Below, piece by piece: positions 19,530-28,922 of a stretch of 64,000 nucleotides of DNA. The DNA comes from Pseudomonadota bacterium (GTDB lineage: Bacteria > Pseudomonadota > Gammaproteobacteria > JAKAQQ01), in contig DAHVLZ010000011.1 of assembly GCA_027320085.1 (NCBI GenBank), positions 32,001-96,000 of the forward strand, read 5' to 3'. Position numbers and translations under genes: made by a program. How positions within the stretch are numbered: position 1 is the stretch's first letter; each line of letters begins with the position of its first letter. A model generated the notes under the pieces. It was not told the origin of the DNA. It saw only the letters and a program-made list of their open reading frames with translations, and did not search any database.

Positions 19530-21068
19530 TTACCAGCCGGCCGCGCATCCATCGGCGCGGGAATCGGATCCGGCCACAAAACCACCCTCCGCCGTCCGCA
19601 GGATCACCTGGGCGCGTCCAAAGCCATCGGTCGATTCCGAACGAACGACTGCGTGTCCGTGCCGGGCCAATTCGTCCACAGCCGCCTCCGGGAAGTCGGG
19701 TTCGACTGCGACCCGCACGCCGCCGTCCCACCGCCATCGCGGCCGGTCGACGGCCGCCTGGGGCAGGTCACCGTGGTCGACCAGCCGCTGGACCAGCTGG
19801 AGATGCCCCTGGGGCTGCATGAAGCCGCCCATGACCCCGAAGGGCCCCCAGGGTTGCCCCTCCCGCATGAGAAACCCGGGCATGAGGGTGTGGTAGCTCC
19901 TCCGGCCGCCTCCGGCCCGGTTGGGATGCCCCTCCTTCCGGCTGAAGCAAAGTGCCCGGTTGGATAACGCGATCCCGGTTCCCGGAACCACGATTCCGGA
20001 TCCGAAACCCATGTAGTTGGACTGGATGAAACTCACCATGAAACCCGACCGGTCCGCCGTCGCGAGAAAGACCGTTCCGCCCAGGTAGGGTGCCTCCGGC
20101 ACGAAGGGATGCGCGCTGTCCCGGATTGCGGCCGCCTGCTCCCGGAGGTGTTCAGGGTCAAGGAGCGCCGTGATGGCCGGGCTGTCCCCGGGATCGCCGA
20201 TCCGGGCCAAGGCTTCGGCAAAGGAGCGCTTGATGGCCTCGATACTCTCGTGCATCACCTCACCGGGATCCGCGGGCACCCTCATGGACAGGATCCCCAA
20301 AGCCTCGAGAGCCACGATGCCCTGGCTGTTCGGAGGCAGTTCATAGACCTCACAACCGTGGTAAGGGACCGACAGGGGATCCACCCAGAGACTGCGATGG
20401 GCGGCCAGATCCGAGGCCCGGAGCGCACCGCCCGCCCCCTGTGCGGCCCGGTCGATGGCCGCGGCGATCGTTCCCGTGTAGAAATCCTCCCCCCGGCTCT
20501 CCGCAATCCGCTCGAGGGTTGAAGCCAGCTCGGGAGAACGCCAGAGGGCACCCGCGCGCGGCACGAAGCCGGCCGGGAGGAAGGTGCGCTGCCAGTCCGC
20601 GAAGGCCGGATCCCGGAAACGTTCGGCCGCCTTGCGCCAGAATCGGGCCACCACGGGAGAAAGTGGAAAACCGTCCCGGGCGTACGCGATGGCCGGTGCG
20701 AACAGTTGCCGGAAAGGCAGGCGTCCCATGCGTTCGTGGAGATCGGCCCAGGCCCGCGGGGCACCCGGCACCATGACGGGTGCCCAGCCGCTTTCCGGCC
20801 ACGGCGAGCCCAGTCCCGGCAGCAACGACGCTTCGGGCAGTGCGCCCGATCCGTTCAATCCCCAAAGCCGCCCCCCCTGGGAGACCAGGGCGAAGGCATC
20901 GGAGCCCAGGCCGTTACTGGTGGGTTCGACCACCGTGAGGGTGATCGCGGCAGCCAGGGCGGCATCCACGGCATTGCCGCCCTCGCGGAGCATGAAAAGA
21001 CCCGCTTGTGCGGCCAAGGGCTGGGACGTGGCGACAAGGCCGCGATCCGCATGGACGCTCGAGCGCAT
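19530..21068 (-). CDS. ggt: Gamma-glutamyltransferase family protein
   Basis: ATSQPLAAQAG, GGNAVDAA, LPPNSQG, GGTVFL (nucleophile Thr), GFGSG, GVMGGFMQPQG. Confidence 0.88.
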   Translation of the reverse strand: MRSSVHADRGLVATSQPLAAQAGLFMLREGGNAVDAALAAAITLTVVEPTSNGLGSDAFALVSQGGRLWGLNGSGALPEASLLPGLGSPWPESGWAPVMVPGAPRAWADLHERMGRLPFRQLFAPAIAYARDGFPLSPVVARFWRKAAERFRDPAFADWQRTFLPAGFVPRAGALWRSPELASTLERIAESRGEDFYTGTIAAAIDRAAQGAGGALRASDLAAHRSLWVDPLSVPYHGCEVYELPPNSQGIVALEALGILSMRVPADPGEVMHESIEAIKRSFAEALARIGDPGDSPAITALLDPEHLREQAAAIRDSAHPFVPEAPYLGGTVFLATADRSGFMVSFIQSNYMGFGSGIVVPGTGIALSNRALCFSRKEGHPNRAGGGRRSYHTLMPGFLMREGQPWGPFGVMGGFMQPQGHLQLVQRLVDHGDLPQAAVDRPRWRWDGGVRVAVEPDFPEAAVDELARHGHAVVRSESTDGFGRAQVILRTAEGGFVAGSDSRADGCAAGW

Positions 21069-21076
21069 GGGATCCC

Positions 21077-22564
21077 TCAGCCGTCCGCCGGCGGGGCGGA
21101 TGCAGGCCGTGGCCGTCCGAGGGTCACTCCCCGCATCCAGACGGCGCCGGTCACGAGCAGAAGGACCCCGACGTTCAGGGCGAATGCCAGAAGACCGACG
21201 TTGACATCGGCGACGGGCTCGGGGAGGATGCCGCGCTCCCAGCGAACCGGGGCACCGCCGAAAGAAAACAGGGTGAGGGCAACGACGCCCACCGTCCCGC
21301 CCGCCCAGACTGCGCTCCGGGGAACCGGGTTATGGGGCAGGAGGCTGGCCCACAGGGCGGGGGCGAGCTGGGTCACATAGCCGTAGCCGAGGAGCAAAAG
21401 CAGCACGATGCCCTGCCCGCTCAAGCGTTCAAACAGAATGGCGGCGGCCGCGATGAGGGGAACGAGTGCACGGGCCAGAAGGTTGAGCCGCTCCTCGTTC
21501 CACCGGGGCAGACAGGGACCGGCCACATTGCGTGCGAACTGGGTGGCAATCGCGAGCAAGAGCATGGAGCCCGGGACCAGTGCCGAAAGCAACCCGGCCC
21601 CGCCAATCAGGCCAAGCATCCAGCCGGGCAGCGTGTGGGCCGCGGCGGCCAAGAGGGCGAGATCATGGTTGGGAAGCCCCGGCAGAATCACGAGCGCCGC
21701 AAAACCGGCCAACAGGGCAAACAACAGGACGAGCTGGTAGAGCGGCAGGAAGATCGCGTTCTTGCGGAACAGGTCCTCATCCCGGGCGGCATAGATCGAG
21801 CCGAAGGTATGGGGCCAGAGGTAAAAGCCCAGAACCGAAAGCAGAACCGTCGAACTGAACCAGACCGGGTTTTTGCCGGTGGCGGGCAGTTTGAGGAAAC
21901 CGGGGTGCTGGCGGGCAATCGTGCGGAACAGGGGTCCGATGCCACCGCTCGCGTGAATGGGGAGGAAGAGCCCGAGGAAGATCACGGCAGCGAGCAGGAC
22001 CAGATCCTTGATGGCCGCCGTCCAGGCTGCGGCCCGGATACCCGAGGCCATCACATAGACGGTGAGCGCGAGCGTGCCGAGCAGGACGGCCACGAAGGAT
22101 CCGACCTTCCCGGCCGTTGTCACTTGCACGATGAGACCGAGACCCTCGAGCTGGAGGGCCAGGTAGGGGAACATGGCGAGAATGCCCACGAGGGCCACCC
22201 CGAAGCCGAGCGTCCGGCTGTCGTACTTGGCCACGAAGAAATCGGTCTGGGAATAGAGCTTGCGGGTTCTCGCAAAACGCCAGATGGGCGGCAGCAGCCA
22301 ATAGCCGAGTCCGTAGGCCAAAGCCCCGTAGGCGACAATGTAATAGGACGGGCCGCCCAAGCCGTAGGCCCAACCGCTTGCGCCGAGAAAGGTGAAGGTG
22401 GTGTAGATCTCTCCCGCGAGGAGAAAGAAGATCAGAAACCCGCCGAAACCGCGACGGCCGACCGTCCATTGCTCGAGGTTCATGACGCGGCCGCGGCGGG
22501 CCGCAAGACCGAGGCCCAGAACCCCGAGCCAAACGGCTGCCAGGATGACGACGGCCGCGTTCAC
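21077..22564 (-). CDS. Sodium:solute symporter family transporter (YhjB-like)
   Basis: WTVGRRGFG, AGEIYTTFTFLGASGWAY, PYLALQL, many transmembrane helices. Confidence 0.88.
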   Translation of the reverse strand: MNAAVVILAAVWLGVLGLGLAARRGRVMNLEQWTVGRRGFGGFLIFFLLAGEIYTTFTFLGASGWAYGLGGPSYYIVAYGALAYGLGYWLLPPIWRFARTRKLYSQTDFFVAKYDSRTLGFGVALVGILAMFPYLALQLEGLGLIVQVTTAGKVGSFVAVLLGTLALTVYVMASGIRAAAWTAAIKDLVLLAAVIFLGLFLPIHASGGIGPLFRTIARQHPGFLKLPATGKNPVWFSSTVLLSVLGFYLWPHTFGSIYAARDEDLFRKNAIFLPLYQLVLLFALLAGFAALVILPGLPNHDLALLAAAAHTLPGWMLGLIGGAGLLSALVPGSMLLLAIATQFARNVAGPCLPRWNEERLNLLARALVPLIAAAAILFERLSGQGIVLLLLLGYGYVTQLAPALWASLLPHNPVPRSAVWAGGTVGVVALTLFSFGGAPVRWERGILPEPVADVNVGLLAFALNVGVLLLVTGAVWMRGVTLGRPRPASAPPADG

Positions 22565-22785
22565 CGGGGCGCGTGTCCGCCCCGTTCAATCCAGTAGACG
22601 AGCCCCATGAATCCGGAGGCGAGAGTCGTCCAGAGCAGAACCCAGAAAAGCAGGAAAGGCAGATCCAGGACCCAGGGGTGGACCCGGTTCAGGAAGAAAG
22701 GACCGCCGAGCAGGGCTGCCGGAGCGGGTAACGAGAGGACGAGGGCGATGATCCGCCGCCAGCGAAGCCGGTGGTGGATTTTCAG
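22561..22785 (-). CDS. DUF3311-like small membrane partner of the SSS transporter (not in the ORF track)
   Basis: Hand translation: (CTG)KIHHRLRWRRIIALVLSLPAPAALLGGPFFLNRVHPWVLDLPFLLFWVLLWTTLASGFMGLVYWIERGGHAPR*; GAGGAGG RBS; overlaps both neighbours by 4 nt. Confidence 0.78.
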   Translation of the reverse strand: MKIHHRLRWRRIIALVLSLPAPAALLGGPFFLNRVHPWVLDLPFLLFWVLLWTTLASGFMGLVYWIERGGHAPR

Positions 22786-23996
22786 AAACCCTCCTCGAGC
22801 AGGTGTCTTCCCGCGGTCAGGAACATCTCGACACCGTTGACGAGTGCGCTTTCGTCGATCGTGAAACGGGCGTGATGGTGGGGATAGACGGTTTCCGCGC
22901 CCGGCTGACCGGCCCCAACATAAAAGAAGGCACCCGGGGCCTTTTCCTGGAAGGCGGAAAAGTCCTCCCCGCCCATGTTCCGTTGGTCGAAATCGACCGC
23001 CCCTTCACCGAAGAGGGCTGTGGCCGACGCCTCGACCACCCGGTTCACGCCCTCATGATTGACGACGGGCCGGTAGCCCCGGTCGTAGCGAAACTCGTAG
23101 CTCGCCCGGTGGGCGGCCGCAAGTCCCGCCAGGATGGCTTCCATCCGTTCCGGGATGCGCTTGCGCAGCTCGGCATTGAAGGTCCGGACCGTCCCGTTCA
23201 GTTCGACGGTGCCCGGCAGGACATTGTGTGCGGTCCCGGCATGGAACTGCGTCACGGAGACCACGAGACTGTCCAGAGGATCCGTCTCGCGCGAGACCAG
23301 CATCTGGAAGTTCTGAACCACCTGGCTCGCCAGCACGATCACGTCGACCGAGGACTGCGGGCGGGCCGCGTGCCCGCCCCGGCCGGTGAGCCGGATATGG
23401 AAAACGTCGGGTGCCGCCATCATGGGACCGTAGGTCACGGCGATCCGGCCGGCCGGAACGTGTGCCCAGAGGTGGGTGCCGATCACGGCATCGACGCCAT
23501 CCATGACCCCCGCCCCGACCATCTCCTCCCCGCCACCCGGGAACAGTTCCTCGGCATGCTGGAACAGGAAACGGATCTCGCCCGGCCATTCCTTGCGGAG
23601 TTCTCCGAACGACCGGGCCGCGGCGAGCAGCATCGCCGTATGGCCATCGTGTCCGCAGGCATGCATCGCCCCCGGCCGCGCCGACCGGAAGGGAACCTCG
23701 TTTTCCTCGGTGATCGGCAGGGCATCCATGTCGGCCCGGATCGCGAGGATGCGACCCGAGCGCGCACCCTTGAGCACACCCACCACGCTCGTGCCCGCCG
23801 GATGACTGATGTCCATACCGGGAATCTCGGACAGGCGTTCGGTCACGAAACGGGAGGTTTCATGCTCCTCAAAAGAAAGCTCGGGATGCTGGTGGAGATG
23901 GCGACGCCAGCGGATGAGATCGGGCTCCAGGGCCCGGGCCTGCTTGCGGGCGGATTCATGGATTCGAACGGACGGCAGTTCGGCGGGATGTCGCAT
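22782..23996 (-). CDS. M20D family amidohydrolase
   Basis: RRHLHQHPELSFEE, RADMDALP, MHACGHDGH, FQHAEE, GGEDF, HHHARF. Confidence 0.9.
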   Translation of the reverse strand: MRHPAELPSVRIHESARKQARALEPDLIRWRRHLHQHPELSFEEHETSRFVTERLSEIPGMDISHPAGTSVVGVLKGARSGRILAIRADMDALPITEENEVPFRSARPGAMHACGHDGHTAMLLAAARSFGELRKEWPGEIRFLFQHAEELFPGGGEEMVGAGVMDGVDAVIGTHLWAHVPAGRIAVTYGPMMAAPDVFHIRLTGRGGHAARPQSSVDVIVLASQVVQNFQMLVSRETDPLDSLVVSVTQFHAGTAHNVLPGTVELNGTVRTFNAELRKRIPERMEAILAGLAAAHRASYEFRYDRGYRPVVNHEGVNRVVEASATALFGEGAVDFDQRNMGGEDFSAFQEKAPGAFFYVGAGQPGAETVYPHHHARFTIDESALVNGVEMFLTAGRHLLEEGF

Positions 23997-24201
23997 TGCA
24001 TCTCTCTCCCTGTTTGTAGAAGAAAACGGACGGCCCGGCCCAAGCTGGCACACTTTGCCGGGGCTGTCAAGCCGGGCGGATCGGGTTCGGCGCGATCCAA
24101 ACTGATGGGGTGTGCGCCCGTTGCATCCCCCATTAACCCAAAGAGCCAACTCGTGGCACCAGGGCATCTAAGCGATGATGAATTGATCCTGCATCATGCG
24201 G

Positions 24202-24586
24202 TCAAATGCCCACTCCCCGGTACGGGATCGGATGGTATCCGTGCCCTTGTGGCGAGTGCAGGAGGTAGTCCATCTCTCCAGGCTGTCCGCCGACGTGCCG
24301 CTCGATCAGGCGGCGACCCCAAAAGTCGGGGCCGGCGTCGCGCAGCGCTCCGAACACGCCTTTGAGGTTTGTGGTTTCAAAGGTCCCACGGCCGAGCCTG
24401 AGCTCGACCAGATCGATATCGACGGCGTCCGCGCGTTTCAGATAGCTCTGACCGAAGGTGAAACGGCCAAGAGGCGTGCCCCGGTGATCGACAGTCAGGA
24501 CGAACCGACCGGCCGTAACCGGGGATGTCTCCCCCGGCAGGGTGATAATGGACGAAGCATTCATTATTCGATGCCTTAGAAATCAT
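24202..24586 (-). pseudogene. HipA-like toxin remnant, frameshifted and truncated
   Basis: MISKASNNECFV, frameshift, then ITLPG..VTAGRF...GVFGALRDAGPDFWGRRLIER...DYLLHSP; no kinase domain follows. Confidence 0.75.
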
Positions 24587-24916
24587 CGCTCAACTTGGCT
24601 GGCTTGCGCGCCCGCTTCCGCTCTTTGAGCCGTGCAAGCACCAAGCCTCTCTCGTCCCGAATGGGATCGGCAACCTCGTCAAGCTGTCCGATCAGGTCGT
24701 AGGCCCATAGAAGCGCGGTGTAGATGGCGATACCGGTGGAGGGCTGCCCCCTTTCGGCATCCCGGACCGCGCGGACCCCGGTGCCGATCTTCTCGGCGAC
24801 CTCCGCCAAGGTCAGATTCCGCCGTATCCGGGCCGTGCGCAGATCGGCGCCCAGTCGCTTCAACGCGACTTCGACGGCATGGGGGGGGCGGCGAGAAGAG
24901 GGTTGCGTTTAACCAT
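24576..24916 (-). pseudogene. XRE/HipB-like HTH antitoxin with a -1 frameshift in a C8 tract
   Basis: LRTARIRRNLTLAEVAEKIG...DAERG; ATG at 24916 reads into this frame only if the G8 at 24881-24888 were G9. Could still be expressed from TTG 24863. Confidence 0.7.
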
Positions 24917-25107
24917 AGTCTATTTAGGGCATTTTATCTAAGTTAACCTGCCATGAAAAGCATATATACACAACCAGGCATTTTCAACTTAAATGCTTTA
25001 AAAAGAATATAAATGCCTTATAGATGCCTTAAAAGCACTCTCAATTTCGTCCAGGACCGATCTTCGCTCTGGTCTCGGAGCCTGGTGGCCTCCCCCGCTC
25101 CCCGATC

Positions 25108-26397
25108 TCAGCCGGCGGATCCACCCTCCGTCGAATCCGTGGGCAGAGAGGGAACCTGGGGCGCGCTATCAACCGGTTCGGGTGTATCGAGGTTCGTCTC
25201 CGGCGAGGCCGCGCCGAGATCCTCGAAACGTCGAAGCGTCACCAGGAAACGGCGTTCGAGCGAGGCGACCGAATCATTATAAATTCGGACAAGCCGGCCG
25301 AGCCCCTCCCCCACTCCCCGCCAGTGCTTGACCAAAAGCGAGGCACGGGCATGAAGCGTCCGGGCGAGGTCGGCCACCTCCTCGGCATGCCGGCTCAGGG
25401 CCTCCTGGCGCCAGCCGTAGGCCATGACCTTGAGCAGCGCAAGCAGGGTCGTCGGATTGGCGAGGACCACTTTGCGCTCGAAGGCATATTCGATGAGCCC
25501 GGGTTCGGCCCGCAGGGCCGCGCTGAACAGCATTTCTCCCGGCAGAAACAGCACCACAAACTCGGGCGCCGGCTGGAAATGCTGCCAATAGGATTTGGCG
25601 GCCAGATCATCAATATGGGCGCGGATCTGGCGTGCATGGTCACGCAGGGCGCGCTCGGCCGCCTCCCCCGTGCTGTTCTGGAACTCGAAATAAGCCTCGA
25701 TCGGGGCCTTGGCATCGACCACCACCCGTTGACCGCCGGGCAGGCGGACGATGAGGTCCGGCCGGAGACGTCCCTCCTCGGTGGTCGTGCTCGGCTGTTC
25801 GACGAAATCGCAGTACTCGACCATGCCGGCCATCTCGATGATGTTGCGCAGCTGCATCTCCCCCCAATGACCACGGGCCATCGGCTGGTGGAGCACCCGG
25901 GACAACTCGCGGGTTTCGTTCGCGAGCTGGGGCAGCTGGATCTCGGACAACGAGCGTAACTGCTCGAGGAGCGTCGCCTGGCTCTCGATCCGTGCCTGCT
26001 CGAAACGGTCGACCTTGGTCTCGAAACGGCCCAGGGATTCGGTGAGCGGCTTGACCCACGACTGGATGGCCTCGGCTCGCTGGGTGAAACCGGTCTCCTG
26101 TGCCTTCTGGTACTGGTCGAAGACCCCCCGGGCCAGTTCAAGAAACTTCCGGTTGCTCTGCTCCAGGGCTTCGGCCGAATGCGTCCGGAAGACCTCGGTC
26201 AGGTGACGCTCCGCCTCGCGGAGCAGGGACTCCTTTTCGGCCGCCTGTCGTTGCAACTGCTGGGCCCGTTCCTCGAGTGTGGCGACTTCACGGTTGAGGT
26301 GGACCTCGCTCTCCCGGGCACGGATCCGGGCCACAAGCCATCCCCCGGCCAGCCCCAGGGCGAGGCCGAGGATTCCCGTCACCAGTGCCCCTGTCAT
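25108..26397 (-). CDS. rmuC: DNA recombination protein RmuC
   Basis: N-terminal TM, coiled coil, RGHWGEMQL, RPDLIVRLP, VVDAKAP, PEFVVLFLPGE, PTTLLALL. Confidence 0.92.
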   Translation of the reverse strand: MTGALVTGILGLALGLAGGWLVARIRARESEVHLNREVATLEERAQQLQRQAAEKESLLREAERHLTEVFRTHSAEALEQSNRKFLELARGVFDQYQKAQETGFTQRAEAIQSWVKPLTESLGRFETKVDRFEQARIESQATLLEQLRSLSEIQLPQLANETRELSRVLHQPMARGHWGEMQLRNIIEMAGMVEYCDFVEQPSTTTEEGRLRPDLIVRLPGGQRVVVDAKAPIEAYFEFQNSTGEAAERALRDHARQIRAHIDDLAAKSYWQHFQPAPEFVVLFLPGEMLFSAALRAEPGLIEYAFERKVVLANPTTLLALLKVMAYGWRQEALSRHAEEVADLARTLHARASLLVKHWRGVGEGLGRLVRIYNDSVASLERRFLVTLRRFEDLGAASPETNLDTPEPVDSAPQVPSLPTDSTEGGSAG

Positions 26398-26481
26398 GAT
26401 CCGCCTCCCCGTCGACCCGGACGGAACTCGCCGGGGTTCAACCGTGTATACTAGCGCCCCGCGCGTTCCCCCGGTGCCCCC

Positions 26482-28308
26482 GTGTCCCTGTCCCTGCGCA
26501 ATGTCGCCATTGTCGCCCATGTGGACCATGGCAAAACCACGCTCGTCGACCAGCTCCTCCGGCAATCCGAAACCCTGGCCGCGCGGGCGGTTCTGCCGGA
26601 CCGCGCCATGGATTCAAACGAACTCGAACGGGAGCGAGGAATCACGATTCTCGCCAAAAACACCGCCATCCGCTGGCATGGCCACCGCATCAATATCGTG
26701 GATACCCCAGGCCATGCCGATTTCGGGGGCGAGGTCGAGCGGGCGCTCGCCATGGTGGACTCGGTCCTGCTCTTGGTCGATGCGCTGGACGGGCCCATGC
26801 CCCAAACCCGCTTCGTCACCCAGAAAGCCCTGGCCCGCGGTCTGCACCCGATCGTCGTCGTGAACAAGATGGACCGTCCCGGGGCCCGTGCGGAATGGGT
26901 GGTCAACCAGGTCTTCGACCTGTTCGATCGCCTGGGGGCCAGTGAAAGCCAGCTGGATTTCAAGGTGCTCTACACCTCGGCCTTGACCGGCTGGGCGGCC
27001 CGCACGCCGGATCGGCCCGGCACCGACCTCACGCCCCTATTTGAGACCCTGGTCGCGGATTGCCCTCCCCCGCCGGTCACCCTGGAAGGACCCTTCCAGC
27101 TCCAGATTGCGGCCCTCGATTATTCGAGCTACGTCGGGGCCATCGGGATCGGCCGGATCAACCGCGGGATCGTGCGCCGTGGCATGAATGTCATCCAGAT
27201 CGGTCGGGACGGCAACCGGAAACCGGGACGGATCATCCAGATCCTGGGTTTTCTCGGACTCGAGCGGATCGAGATCGAGAGCGCCGAGGCGGGCGACATC
27301 ATCGCCTTTGCCGGACTCGAGGAACCGCAAATCTCGGACACCATCACGGCCCCCGACCAGCCTGAGGCCCTGCCCGCGCTCACCATTGACGAACCGACGA
27401 TCAGCATGTCCTTCGAGGTCAATACCTCACCCTTCGCCGGCCAGGAGGGACGTTTCGTCACGAGCCGTGAACTCAGGGCCCGGCTTTTCCGGGAGATCCG
27501 CCACAACGTGGCGCTCCGCGTCCAGGAAACTCCGGATCCCGATCGCTTCGAGGTCTCGGGACGGGGCGAGCTCCACCTCGGCATCCTGATCGAGACCATG
27601 CGGCGGGAAGGTTACGAACTCGCGGTTTCCCGACCCCGTCCGCTCTTCCGCGAGGGACCCGCTGGCCGTGAGGAGCCCTACGAGACCCTGATCGTCGACA
27701 TTCCCGAAACGCATCAGGGCGTCGTCCTCGAGTCGCTGGGTCTCCGCGGGGGCGAAATCGCGGATCTCCTGCCGGACGGCCGCGGTCGCCTGCGATTGAG
27801 CTACCGGATCCCCTCACGGGGGCTGATCGGCTTCCAGACGGAGTTCCGCATGGCGACCGGAGGAACCGGCATTCTCCACCGGGTGTTCGAGGGTTACGGG
27901 CCGGAAAAGCCGCTCCGGGTCCAGCAACGGGCCAATGGGGCACTGATCTCGAACGGCACCGGCGAGGCGGTTCCCTTCGCCCTGTTCAACCTGCAGGAGC
28001 GGGGACGGCTCTTCGTGGGTCCCGGTGACCGGGTCTACACGGGCGAGATCGTGGGCCTGCACGCCCGTGAGAATGATCTCACCGTGAATCCTCTCAAGGC
28101 CAAGGCCCTGACCAACGTCCGGGCCGCCGGCCGCGACGAGAACGTGCTCCTCACCCCCCCCCTGCGGGTCACCCTGGAACGGGCGCTCGAGCTCATCAAG
28201 GACGACGAACTTGTGGAAGTCACGCCCGCGAGCATCCGCCTGCGCAAGCGCCTGCTCGAAGAGGGGGAACGGCGACGGGCCCAACGCACGGGGGAAGCTC
28301 AGGCCTGA
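26482..28308 (+). CDS. typA: Translational GTPase TypA/BipA
   Basis: [51 protein letters not shown]. Confidence 0.97.
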   Translation: MSLSLRNVAIVAHVDHGKTTLVDQLLRQSETLAARAVLPDRAMDSNELERERGITILAKNTAIRWHGHRINIVDTPGHADFGGEVERALAMVDSVLLLVDALDGPMPQTRFVTQKALARGLHPIVVVNKMDRPGARAEWVVNQVFDLFDRLGASESQLDFKVLYTSALTGWAARTPDRPGTDLTPLFETLVADCPPPPVTLEGPFQLQIAALDYSSYVGAIGIGRINRGIVRRGMNVIQIGRDGNRKPGRIIQILGFLGLERIEIESAEAGDIIAFAGLEEPQISDTITAPDQPEALPALTIDEPTISMSFEVNTSPFAGQEGRFVTSRELRARLFREIRHNVALRVQETPDPDRFEVSGRGELHLGILIETMRREGYELAVSRPRPLFREGPAGREEPYETLIVDIPETHQGVVLESLGLRGGEIADLLPDGRGRLRLSYRIPSRGLIGFQTEFRMATGGTGILHRVFEGYGPEKPLRVQQRANGALISNGTGEAVPFALFNLQERGRLFVGPGDRVYTGEIVGLHARENDLTVNPLKAKALTNVRAAGRDENVLLTPPLRVTLERALELIKDDELVEVTPASIRLRKRLLEEGERRRAQRTGEAQA

Positions 28309-28691
28309 TCTCCGAGCCGGGCCCGTCCGCCCTGGGGCCAGAGATAGAAAGCCGAAACGGCCAAGCCCACCCCGCTGGCCATCCAGACCGGGGGAAGGAG
28401 GATCCAGGCGCAAAGGACCGAACCGAGCTGCCAGGCGGCCTTGATCCCGAGCCGCCGTGACTCCCCGCCGCGGATCCGCTGCCAGGCCCAAAGTCCCGCC
28501 GTCACTCCGGAAAGGACGAGGGTGATCCCGATGAACAGGCTGGTATCTCCCGGGAGGGGGATCCCGTGGGAAACCGGTGGAGCCAGGAGAATGGCGGCAG
28601 AAAACCAGATCGCCCCCACCCCAAGCTCGGGCCATCTCGGCCGGTTCTTGCGCGCCGGACATCCTGCCGGAACGATTGTCGTCTGTGTCAT
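28299..28691 (-). CDS. Hypothetical 4-TM membrane protein
   Basis: Hydrophobic ORF filling the gap; no family recognised. Confidence 0.5.
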   Translation of the reverse strand: MTQTTIVPAGCPARKNRPRWPELGVGAIWFSAAILLAPPVSHGIPLPGDTSLFIGITLVLSGVTAGLWAWQRIRGGESRRLGIKAAWQLGSVLCAWILLPPVWMASGVGLAVSAFYLWPQGGRARLGDQA

Positions 28692-28839
28692 GGCAGTCAC
28701 CCGCGAGAGGAACTGTGCCATTAAACCAAACGCGCATGACACGACCATGGCGGGGGAATGCGCAGTCGGAGACCCGCCGGATCCTGGTCCGGTTTCATCC
28801 GGCCACCCCCGGCCCTGACCTCTCACCCGTCCCCCGCAG

Positions 28840-28866
28840 AAAAAAAAGCCGGAGGAATCCTCCGGC
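28840..28866 (-). terminator. Rho-independent terminator after the first TonB-dependent receptor
   Basis: GCCGGAGG-ATT-CCTCCGGC-T8 on the minus strand. Confidence 0.85.
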
Positions 28867-28922
28867 CAGGTGGGCCGATTTCTCGGCCCCAGCGAAACAC
28901 CCTCTTGAGGAGGGCTGCGGAC

